Source: a virus
Lineage: Duplodnaviria > Caudoviricetes
Reading direction: 5' to 3' (one strand)
DNA: 52,845 bases
Virus record (IMG/VR): IMGVR_UViG_3300025009_000138
Coordinates: 1-52,845 of that record
A model generated the notes under the pieces. It saw nothing but the letters and a program-made list of their open reading frames with translations. It searched no databases and was not told where the DNA came from. Shown one piece after another: positions 18,251-26,575 of the stretch. Positions within the stretch are counted from its first letter, which is position 1. Each line of letters begins with the position of its first letter. The position numbers and the translations under genes were made by a program.

Positions 18251-18270
18251 AATGGAGAACGGAGGGAGAA

Positions 18271-18627
18271 GTGTCCGAAAGTACCCAAAATAAAACGGAG
18301 ATGTTGTACTTGCGAGGTGTCGAATGCACCGTTCCAAGTTATGGGGAAGATCAAAGTGGGTATGTGGTACACGCAGATAGAGAAAAGGGTATCACTATTC
18401 ACAGTTTGGAAACTGATAGCCCTATTTTTTGTCTGAACAAGGAGCACATGTCACAAATGCGCTGTAAGGACAAGAATAGGATATATCACGAGTGCTTTAC
18501 TGAGATTGTAAAAGATGTGGAGAAAGGAGAAAAAATAAAAATTTACGTGTTCCATAAGCAGAAGGGGAGAATATCGCAGGCAGAATACAATCCGTTTCAT
18601 TCTTCTCAATCGTGTGCGTATAGATAG
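18271..18627 (+). CDS. Hypothetical protein
   Basis: GGAGG RBS, GTG start. Confidence 0.55.
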   Translation: MSESTQNKTEMLYLRGVECTVPSYGEDQSGYVVHADREKGITIHSLETDSPIFCLNKEHMSQMRCKDKNRIYHECFTEIVKDVEKGEKIKIYVFHKQKGRISQAEYNPFHSSQSCAYR

Positions 18628-18684
18628 CGCACAAAAACAACAACGCTTAACAATACACATCTACATTAGAAGGAGAACAAGACA

Positions 18685-19140
18685 ATGCAAATTGGCGAAA
18701 TCCAAAAAGGACTCGTACTTCCCCCCAAACCGGAGAATGTTGCTTTCGGTGCAACTCCCAAGTATCCGTTCGACGACATGGTGCCGGGCGATTCGCTTCC
18801 CATTACGCCCACCATCACCCTCCCGCAGACTGTTACGCTCCCGGGTGGCTTGGTGCAGCAGGTTCCCGGAGACACGGAAGCGGACATCAAGAAGAAGGTG
18901 AAAGCGCTCTATGTGAATGTGTGTAGTGCTGTCAAGAGGTACGCAAGAAAAGCGGAGAACGCCGCGAAGCGCTTTGAAGTGCGGAAGTTCTCAGATGGTG
19001 TGCGGGTGTGGCGTGTGGAGGATGTGCCCGTGGTTGTGGAAACGCCGCCTGCTCCTCCTGTTGCTCCTACTCCCGCCACCGCCGTGCCTCCCCCTCCCGC
19101 GCCGCCCACAGAGAGTGCGAAGGGAGGTAAGAAGAAGTAG
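18685..19140 (+). CDS. Small phage protein (KYPF..M..GDS...VRVWR family) with Pro-rich tail
   Basis: Recurrent phage motif; AAGGAG RBS. Confidence 0.65.
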   Translation: MQIGEIQKGLVLPPKPENVAFGATPKYPFDDMVPGDSLPITPTITLPQTVTLPGGLVQQVPGDTEADIKKKVKALYVNVCSAVKRYARKAENAAKRFEVRKFSDGVRVWRVEDVPVVVETPPAPPVAPTPATAVPPPPAPPTESAKGGKKK

Positions 19141-19235
19141 CCACGCAACACTACCAATTTTGATTATTGCCCGCAGATGTAAAGAGCAAAGAGTCTGTAA
19201 ATAACCCCTAAACGCTATGAAAGGAGGTGATAACA

Positions 19236-19292
19236 ATGAGAGATTCCCTGTGTTTGTTCTTAATGACCGCAACTGACGTTTATAAGAGATAG
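19236..19292 (+). CDS. 18-aa micro-ORF with a perfect Shine-Dalgarno
   Basis: AAAGGAGGTGA before MRDSLCLFLMTATDVYKR. Confidence 0.4.
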   Translation: MRDSLCLFLMTATDVYKR

Positions 19293-19338
19293 TCAGGGCA
19301 GTCGCCGGCATCATTGAGAAAAGTGTAGGAGCCTAAAA

Positions 19339-19452
19339 ATGAACGCCAAAAAACCGTGTATAAGGCACGAACCACTACCAGGACGCGCCGCCTTAATTGT
19401 CGGAGTCCTCACCGACCTCTATAAAAAGTCGTGTTTAGCTCAAGACGCTTGA
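19339..19452 (+). CDS. 37-aa micro-ORF
   Basis: AGGAG RBS; MNAKKPCIRHEPLPGR... Confidence 0.35.
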   Translation: MNAKKPCIRHEPLPGRAALIVGVLTDLYKKSCLAQDA

Positions 19453-19510
19453 AAAAGTAGCGTACACACATACAGCAAACGCGCACACTAGAAAGAAGAA
19501 TACGATAACA

Positions 19511-21319
19511 ATGACATCCTCCCGTGTATCACAACAACTCGCTTCAGTAAGTGCCGCTAGAATGGCTCGTCCCGTTCCCGCTGAAGGACCGCTCTCCGCA
19601 CGCATCGCAATAATTGGAGAAGCGCCTGGTAGAACTGAGCGGAACGTCATGCGCCCCTTTGTCGGAGCCTCCGGCAATCTCCTCAAGCGCATGTGGGCAG
19701 ATCCCTCCATAACAGCACTTGTCCCTACTCCGATACGCCGGGAGGATGTTTACATTGACAATTTCTGCCCGTGGCTACCCGAATCACGTCATATAGAATC
19801 CCTCTCGGAACAGGAGATGATAGAATGCCGCAACGCACTCCTAGAACGGCTTGCGCGTCTCTCTTCGCCCGTTGTGATTGTGCCCACAGGGAATTACGCT
19901 TGCTGGGCGCTCGTAGGGAAAGGGAATGTAAAGGGTGTGAAGCTCCCGAAGATGGACAAGGTAGGGATAACATCTCTTCGCGGCTCGATATATGCACTTC
20001 AGTTGAATGGGCGCGTGGTAAAAGTGATCCCTACGCTACATCCATCCGCCGTATTCAATCGAGGTTCGCGTAGTGTGGGCGCTACGAAAGGATCGTTGGA
20101 AAAGCGGAGTGTATGCGATTGGCGAAGGATAGCGATTGAGTCTCTTTATGAAGGATTCAACGAACCCAGGCGCATACATTGCGTTGATCCAATGGAACAA
20201 GAAGTAGCAGCGTTCTATAATCTTATGCGAGACAACCCTGAGTGCGCTTTCTCTGTAGACATTGAAAACCGTAAATCGCCAATATACATGGATTGTATCG
20301 GATTTGCGCATGATCCCTGCTGGAGCTTGACGATACGCTTAGACACTAAAAAGCACCGCGAAACGTTCAATCCTTGGGTACGCGCTATCCTCGATCTCCC
20401 AAACCCTAAGATATTTCAGAATGGCTTGTACGATAATTATTGGCTCCATCATCCTACATACAACATGCCTGTGCGCAACTACGCATGGGATATAATGTAC
20501 ATGCACCATTGCTTTGAGCCTGTAGATTCGCATGATTTAAACTACATCAGCTCAATTTACCTACCCTTTCACCAACACTGGAAGGACATGATTAAAGGAG
20601 ATGAGGATGGCGAAACTGGACTATCCTCATCGTATCATGCGGAAGATTTGGAAACCCGTTGGCGTTACAATGGCCTGGATTGTTGTATTACTCGTGAATT
20701 GCTTCCCTATCTTTATAATGACCTTGCTAACAATAGTAGTGGGGATAACATGCTTGGTTTGTATTTTGCTCACTACCAAGCGCTCTACGAACCCCTCATC
20801 GCAACCATGCTCCACGGAATCAGGATTGACGAAACACAACGAGCACGATTGTATGCGTCCGTCATTGACCAGTGCGTATGGCTCCGAGAACTCCTCACTA
20901 CATACGCTGGAGAAGACCTATACGCTAAGACAGATTTCAGCCGCACCAAGCTCCTGCGGTTGTTCCACGAAACGCTGGGACTTCCCACCAAAACGAAGAT
21001 GACCAAGAAAAAAGATGGAAGCAGAAGTCCCAGCGCTGCTCTCGACAACACAGCACTCGCTAAATACGCGCATCAGTACCCCGAGAAATGCGAAGAGATT
21101 GTATCCATGATCGTGCAGCACCGTGGGAAAGCGAAGCTCCTTACGTGGCTTGAGAAAGATAAGATAGATAAAGATGGGCGCGTGCGTTGTCAGTACACAA
21201 TGAATACGGAAGCTATGCGCTTGAGTAGCAAGTCGAATCCCATGCGCACAGGATACAATTTGCAGAATACAGATAGGGATATACGAGAGATGTATGTACC
21301 AGATATGTTTGATTATTAG
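19511..21319 (+). CDS. polA: Family A DNA polymerase N-part: family-4 UDG domain + 3'-5' exonuclease + thumb
   Basis: GEAPG, RPFVGASG, LHPS; DIE, QNGLYD, YNGLD; RLSS...NLQN; stops just before motif A. Confidence 0.9.
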   Translation: MTSSRVSQQLASVSAARMARPVPAEGPLSARIAIIGEAPGRTERNVMRPFVGASGNLLKRMWADPSITALVPTPIRREDVYIDNFCPWLPESRHIESLSEQEMIECRNALLERLARLSSPVVIVPTGNYACWALVGKGNVKGVKLPKMDKVGITSLRGSIYALQLNGRVVKVIPTLHPSAVFNRGSRSVGATKGSLEKRSVCDWRRIAIESLYEGFNEPRRIHCVDPMEQEVAAFYNLMRDNPECAFSVDIENRKSPIYMDCIGFAHDPCWSLTIRLDTKKHRETFNPWVRAILDLPNPKIFQNGLYDNYWLHHPTYNMPVRNYAWDIMYMHHCFEPVDSHDLNYISSIYLPFHQHWKDMIKGDEDGETGLSSSYHAEDLETRWRYNGLDCCITRELLPYLYNDLANNSSGDNMLGLYFAHYQALYEPLIATMLHGIRIDETQRARLYASVIDQCVWLRELLTTYAGEDLYAKTDFSRTKLLRLFHETLGLPTKTKMTKKKDGSRSPSAALDNTALAKYAHQYPEKCEEIVSMIVQHRGKAKLLTWLEKDKIDKDGRVRCQYTMNTEAMRLSSKSNPMRTGYNLQNTDRDIREMYVPDMFDY

Positions 21320-21325
21320 GAGGAG

Positions 21326-21547
21326 ATGAGCATGAAACTCACCAAAAAATATAAAGCAGACGTTGAGAAGGCTTTGCGATGCGCTGAGAAGGGTGAAGCG
21401 TATCATTGGCCTACTATTGCTGCAATTCTCGCGGATGAAATAAAGAGGTTAAGAAGAGAGCGAGATTCTACTTTGGTTGTTTGCCCTATTTGCTCCGGGG
21501 AAGGTTGTTCCTTTTGTGTTGTAGAAAATGAAGATATCACTGAATAA
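21326..21547 (+). CDS. Small protein with CxxC-x4-CxxC between the polymerase halves
   Basis: AGGAGG RBS; CPICSGEGCSFC. Confidence 0.65.
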   Translation: MSMKLTKKYKADVEKALRCAEKGEAYHWPTIAAILADEIKRLRRERDSTLVVCPICSGEGCSFCVVENEDITE

Positions 21548-21558
21548 GGCAACTTCTA

Positions 21559-22380
21559 ATGACTCTTCGCCCTGGAATATTCGTTGAAGTGGACTTATCT
21601 ATCGCTGAAGATCGTGTCTGTCGCATGTGGACTCGTGCGCCTCGCCAAATAGAGATAGCGCGTATGCACCCTTCACAGTTCGATGGGCACCGCTATAACG
21701 CATCTATGATCTTCAATAAGCAACAAGCGGACGTAACGAAAGAAGAACGTTTCTTGGGTAAAGTAGTCTCGCATGGAGCTGAGAGGGGAATGAGTGGGCA
21801 AAAGCTCTCTGATAAGCTCCTCGTAGATCATGACATAGTGATGTCCCCTAAGCAATGCCAGGCGCTTATCAATAAGTTCCTGCACGAGAACCACGAGATA
21901 AGAGACATCTTCTTTCCTGAAATACGCAATGAGATCATGATGAAGCGCGAACTCCGCAATCCATTTGGCGCTCGCTGGCGTGTTCCATATGGCACTCTTG
22001 ATGATGATATATACCGTCGTGCATACTCATTTCCGATGCAATCAAGTGTCGCTCAGATTATGAATCTATGGGGATTTCTACCTACATATCATTACCTCAA
22101 GTCTATGCGCAGTAAGATCAACTTGCAAAGGCACGATGCTATAATCGTTTCCTGTCACCCACACGAAGCATATGATGTAGCGTGCTTTATATTACGCAGC
22201 GTAGAGCGCCCTGTAGTATATCCAGGCGGAAATGAGATGATAATATGGGGAACGATAAAGATAGGGCGTAATGATAAAGAAGGATATGAGTGGAAATCTC
22301 TTCCCACACAAGCGCAGTTTGAGGAAGTGATGTGGAGCATTATTGAGAAGGATGACGAACGTTTAAGATTGGCTGCTTGA
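21559..22380 (+). CDS. polA: Family A DNA polymerase C-part (palm/fingers)
   Basis: Motif A DLSIAEDR, motif B RFLGKVVSHG, FPMQS, motif C RHD. Confidence 0.88.
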   Translation: MTLRPGIFVEVDLSIAEDRVCRMWTRAPRQIEIARMHPSQFDGHRYNASMIFNKQQADVTKEERFLGKVVSHGAERGMSGQKLSDKLLVDHDIVMSPKQCQALINKFLHENHEIRDIFFPEIRNEIMMKRELRNPFGARWRVPYGTLDDDIYRRAYSFPMQSSVAQIMNLWGFLPTYHYLKSMRSKINLQRHDAIIVSCHPHEAYDVACFILRSVERPVVYPGGNEMIIWGTIKIGRNDKEGYEWKSLPTQAQFEEVMWSIIEKDDERLRLAA

Positions 22381-22395
22381 AAGGAGCTTAACACA

Positions 22396-22602
22396 ATGTA
22401 CGAACAAGAAGAAGAATGTTGCCCTGGATATTACGTACCTGCACCTCCTAGCAAACACGACACATACGCATACTCGTTCGATTATAAGTGGTACGCTTCA
22501 ATCAACGGGCAACTTAAGCTTATCCCTGTGCAAGTGAGCAATCGAGAAGAAGCGTTAGAGCAAGCGCAAATTATGAATAAGGAGACGCATACAAATGGCT
22601 AA
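22396..22602 (+). CDS. Hypothetical protein
   Basis: AAGGAG RBS. Confidence 0.55.
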   Translation: MYEQEEECCPGYYVPAPPSKHDTYAYSFDYKWYASINGQLKLIPVQVSNREEALEQAQIMNKETHTNG

Positions 22603-22954
22603 TGATAAAGACATCCAAAAATTTCTCTCCACATTCCCTCCCGAAGTCCAAGCAATGATTCGGGACTTCTCTCGTTTGCGCATAGAGCACCAGGCACTCA
22701 TCCAAAAGCACAACGCTACATTTGCGCAGTATAAGTCTCTCCACGCTGCCATGATCGTGCTCTTGAAACGTGCTCCCGAACGCACCATCACCATACAGAA
22801 TGAAGACTTCGAGGGTATCTTGTTTGACGAGTACAACATTGCTTTGCACATGAACACTCTAACCAAAGATTTTGTGTTTAAACTGATTCATAAGAGCGAG
22901 ACGCCGGGCGTAGAGTTTGAGATGCCTGCAAGTGAGGGTGACGCGATACACTAA
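22595..22954 (+). CDS. Hypothetical protein
   Basis: AAGGAG RBS; overlaps the previous stop. Confidence 0.6.
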   Translation: MANDKDIQKFLSTFPPEVQAMIRDFSRLRIEHQALIQKHNATFAQYKSLHAAMIVLLKRAPERTITIQNEDFEGILFDEYNIALHMNTLTKDFVFKLIHKSETPGVEFEMPASEGDAIH

Positions 22955-22974
22955 TATATCAAGGAGCTTCTATA

Positions 22975-23157
22975 ATGAATGAACACGATTGGATCTATGA
23001 GCTGGCACGGAAGGCATACGAGGCATACTGTGAATCGACGGGATGGAAAAGCGCGATCACTGGCGCAGACCTTCCCCCATTTGATAACTGCCCCGGAGCT
23101 GTCAAGAAAGGTTGGGTTGCCGTTGCCGAGAAAATGCTTTGGGAGATTGGAAGATAA
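22975..23157 (+). CDS. Hypothetical protein
   Basis: AAGGAG RBS; ARKAYEAY...LP.F...W motif. Confidence 0.6.
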   Translation: MNEHDWIYELARKAYEAYCESTGWKSAITGADLPPFDNCPGAVKKGWVAVAEKMLWEIGR

Positions 23158-23492
23158 TGGCCCGCAAACCACGTTACCCTGAACGCCCTGCAACTCACGC
23201 CTGCGACGAGTGCGGCGAGATTAAACCCTTTGACGAGTACCACTTTCCTTATGGTAATCATAATATGTGGGGTCTTCGCTTTAAGTGTCGCGTATGCGTA
23301 GGAATCACGTACAGAGGACCGGCAGCAGCTAAAGAGGAGTCCCCACATAGGTATTGCAGGAAATGTGGTGCGCGGTTGTCTATATATAACACCACGAAAG
23401 AGTGTTGGAGTCATTCTGTAGAAGATAAGAAACAAAATGCTGAATGGACTCCTGTGTATCAACATGTTCCTAAATATGTTGCATTGATTTAG
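23157..23492 (+). CDS. Multi-CxxC zinc-finger protein
   Basis: CDEC, CRVC, CRKC; TAATG coupling. Confidence 0.6.
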   Translation: MARKPRYPERPATHACDECGEIKPFDEYHFPYGNHNMWGLRFKCRVCVGITYRGPAAAKEESPHRYCRKCGARLSIYNTTKECWSHSVEDKKQNAEWTPVYQHVPKYVALI

Positions 23493-23507
23493 TTTTAAGG
23501 ATCAGCC

Positions 23508-24152
23508 ATGTCTTATGTTCTTCTTGATTTGTTTTGTGGCGCGGGTGGTGCTGCTATGGGGTATCATCAAGCAGGATTTAATATAGTGGGTGTAGATAAT
23601 AAACCACAACCAAGATTTCCTTTTGCTTTTATACAAGCGGACGCAATAGAATTTTGTGCTCAATACGGTCACTTATTTCACGCTATTCACGCAAGTCCTC
23701 CTTGTCAAAGCTTTTCAACTTTAACGTCTTTGACAAGCACCAAGAAACATTTGAACCTCATTTCTCCTATGCGTGATGCTCTTAAACAGACAAAAGTACC
23801 TTACGTAATAGAGAACGTGACCACGGCTCCTTTATTAAATCCAATTATATTATGTGGAACCTCTTTTGGTTTGGAAACAATTAGACATCGTTTGTTTGAA
23901 TCGAACATTTTATTGTGCGCTCCTCCTAAATGTAAACACGATAACCTAACATTGTACTCAATTCTAACAAAGTCTTGTAGACGTGCCGGCGATCTTCGTG
24001 GTCCTTCTAGTCATGCTGTAGGTAAAAGAGTAATGCAAATCGATTGGATGACACAGCACGAATTGGGAGAAGCAATACCTCCAGCTTATACGAAATATAT
24101 TGGCAAGCAGCTAATGACCTATTTGAATAACAACAAGCACCTAAGTAAGTAA
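23508..24152 (+). CDS. C5-cytosine DNA methyltransferase (compact, orphan)
   Basis: DLFCGAGG, SPPCQ, ENV, R.R, GEAIPP. Confidence 0.9.
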   Translation: MSYVLLDLFCGAGGAAMGYHQAGFNIVGVDNKPQPRFPFAFIQADAIEFCAQYGHLFHAIHASPPCQSFSTLTSLTSTKKHLNLISPMRDALKQTKVPYVIENVTTAPLLNPIILCGTSFGLETIRHRLFESNILLCAPPKCKHDNLTLYSILTKSCRRAGDLRGPSSHAVGKRVMQIDWMTQHELGEAIPPAYTKYIGKQLMTYLNNNKHLSK

Positions 24153-24216
24153 TAATCTATTTTATACATACACTAACACACCACCCACAACATAATTCCT
24201 ATGGAGGGCACTGCGC

Positions 24217-25653
24217 GTGCATCTACCATTGAATAATATAGGATTACCCGTTCCGCCGTCTATTCCTATCTTATCGCCTCCACCTCCACCTCCATCTAAC
24301 GTGGCGGCTACGTACTATGCTAACGTCTCTAACCTATGTACACCTATACCTCCACCTCCTCCCTCTTATACGCACAGCATAGTAGAGCGCACCACAAATA
24401 TCATAGAACTATTCCTACACATGTACTGTTACGTGCCCGAGCAAACCCAAACACCCAAAAGCTATCTCTATTGGTCTGCGCTTACAATGATCGCCGCATC
24501 CGTACAAGACCGCTTCTATATAGAGAAATTCAAGTACAAACGCATCAAACCCAACATATATACCCTCCTCGTAGGACCGTCCGGTTTAGGAAAAGATTTC
24601 AGCATAGATATCCTCAAGCGCTACGTGGAACCTCACAACGACGTAGTGCGCTTGTATGATGGAAAGCTCACCCACGCATACTTTTGGGATTTCCTCGCGG
24701 ACAAAAAGAAGGGCTCCACCAAAAAGAACATCGAAAAAGCGGCTACCGCCCTCCTCATAACGCCCGAACTCAAGCATTCTCTCGGCTCCAAGGGGCAGCT
24801 CGCGGACGCTTTCATAGCCCAAATGACGGCGCTGTATGACAAGGAAGGGATAGCTAATGACGGCTCCCGCATGTGGGGAGGCTCGATCCTACGTGATCCC
24901 TGTATCACATGGATTGGCGGCACCACGCAAGAGTGGTTATTCGAGACAATCTCCCAGCAAGAGATCGCCGGTGGATATGCTGCCCGTGTAAATTGGATCG
25001 TGGAGGATTACGCTGTTGAGCGCATCCGCCCGGAGCCCGTGTACCCGCCCGATTTCGAGGAAGTGCATCAATACCTACTCGCCCGCATAACCGCTTTAGT
25101 ATATTCCCCCGGTTGCGAGATGCGCTTATCTCCAGAAGCCCGCGCCTGGCATAATGAGTGGATAAACGAGCGTGAGATCCCCGAGGATCAACTTATGCTT
25201 CCCACATTCCACCGTGAGCCCGTGCTTGTGTTGAAGCTTTCCATTTTATTTTGCCTCGCGGATGGAAAAACCTTTGAAATTTCTCAGGCGCATATCGAAC
25301 AAGCGACTAACTGTGTGGAAGAACTACGTATAACGCACTTACCCAAATTATTGTATGCTGCCGGACGCTCTCCACGCATGCTTGATATTACGCATGTGGA
25401 AGCGGTTTTACGAGGAGCCCCGGAGCACACTTTGGATAGAACGATGCTTCTACGCAGGGTACACTCACGAGGGATGGATAGCACGAGGTTGAGCGCTGCA
25501 CTTATGGATCTACAACAAGCCGGGATAGTGGAACAGAAAGTGATAAATAGGATACAAATGTTTACATGGAAAGAGACAGCGCGAGCGGAGAAGAGGCTTG
25601 CGAAGATGAAAAGGAAGAGTATTATTGGATTTGGAATAGGAGGAATTAAATAA
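24217..25653 (+). CDS. DUF3987-like P-loop helicase with polyproline N-terminus
   Basis: [25 protein letters not shown]; winged-helix-like C-terminus. Confidence 0.7.
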   Translation: MHLPLNNIGLPVPPSIPILSPPPPPPSNVAATYYANVSNLCTPIPPPPPSYTHSIVERTTNIIELFLHMYCYVPEQTQTPKSYLYWSALTMIAASVQDRFYIEKFKYKRIKPNIYTLLVGPSGLGKDFSIDILKRYVEPHNDVVRLYDGKLTHAYFWDFLADKKKGSTKKNIEKAATALLITPELKHSLGSKGQLADAFIAQMTALYDKEGIANDGSRMWGGSILRDPCITWIGGTTQEWLFETISQQEIAGGYAARVNWIVEDYAVERIRPEPVYPPDFEEVHQYLLARITALVYSPGCEMRLSPEARAWHNEWINEREIPEDQLMLPTFHREPVLVLKLSILFCLADGKTFEISQAHIEQATNCVEELRITHLPKLLYAAGRSPRMLDITHVEAVLRGAPEHTLDRTMLLRRVHSRGMDSTRLSAALMDLQQAGIVEQKVINRIQMFTWKETARAEKRLAKMKRKSIIGFGIGGIK

Positions 25654-25654
25654 A

Positions 25655-25816
25655 ATGGAAAAAGAATATTATTGCTCATTTTGTGGTAAGTCAAATAAAG
25701 AAGTATTTGCGTTAATCACAGGGGAGAAAGATGTAAATATTTGTAGTGAATGTGTTTTTCTTTGTGTTCAACGCATTGGAGGATATGTGTTATCAAAAAA
25801 ACAAAAAACGTTGTAG
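25655..25816 (+). CDS. Stand-alone ClpX-type C4 zinc-finger protein (53 aa, not in ORF track)
   Basis: [16 protein letters not shown]...[11 protein letters not shown]; AGGAGG RBS. Confidence 0.8.
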   Translation: MEKEYYCSFCGKSNKEVFALITGEKDVNICSECVFLCVQRIGGYVLSKKQKTL

Positions 25817-25886
25817 AGGATGTGCAATTTGATAAGGATTAACGCCGGGACTTGCGAGGGTGTTGAAGAAATAGGAAGGGTCTGAG

Positions 25887-26573
25887 ATGCGATATTTAGG
25901 AGGTAAAATTAAGATAGGAAAACGTATAGGGGATGTTCTTAATGCAATTCCTTGCACGCTATATATAGAACCTTTTTGTGGTTCTTGTGGAGTATCTCAA
26001 CACATCACACATCCCTATAAAATTCTTAGCGACTATAACGCCTACTTGATAACGATGTGGAGAGCTTTGCAATTAGGTTGGCAACCTCCTGATAGAATAG
26101 ATGAGGATACTTATCAAAGATATAAGAACTCTCCCGTTGTAGAAGATCCTTTAACAGCTTTCATTGCTTTTGGATGTAGTTTTGCGGGTAAGTGGTTTGG
26201 AGGATATGCCAGAAGCGGTTCTCGTAACTATGCACAAAACGCTAGAAACAGTTTGCTTAAACGAATCAACAAACTAAAAAACGCAACATTCATATCCTTA
26301 AATTATGTAGAGTGGAGTTTCACTAAAGGCGCTCTTATCTATTGCGATCCTCCCTATAGAAACACAACACAATACGATGCTGTAGATTCTTTTGACTTCG
26401 ACTTATTTTGGGATCTTATGCGTTTATGGTCCCAACAAAACACTGTAATAATCTCCGAATATACAGCACCAAAAGATTTCAAATGTATCGCTCAATATCC
26501 AACACGTACAGACATGCACACAACAAACAAAGAAGACAATGCAAGAATAGAATGTCTATACGTGTTGGAATAA
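25887..26573 (+). CDS. N6-adenine DNA methyltransferase (Dam/D12 class)
   Basis: RYLGGK, EPFCGS, YCDPPY, ISEY. Confidence 0.9.
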   Translation: MRYLGGKIKIGKRIGDVLNAIPCTLYIEPFCGSCGVSQHITHPYKILSDYNAYLITMWRALQLGWQPPDRIDEDTYQRYKNSPVVEDPLTAFIAFGCSFAGKWFGGYARSGSRNYAQNARNSLLKRINKLKNATFISLNYVEWSFTKGALIYCDPPYRNTTQYDAVDSFDFDLFWDLMRLWSQQNTVIISEYTAPKDFKCIAQYPTRTDMHTTNKEDNARIECLYVLE

Positions 26574-26575
26574 TA

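Noticed and set aside
19268-19296. AAGAGATAGTC resembling the group I intron S element
   Set aside because: Its pairing partner is too close to leave room for P3/P8, and it interrupts no gene.
21317-21319. Genome-wide TAG reassignment explaining the split genes
   Set aside because: Readthrough does not join either pair of halves in frame, and TAG ends many ordinary genes here.
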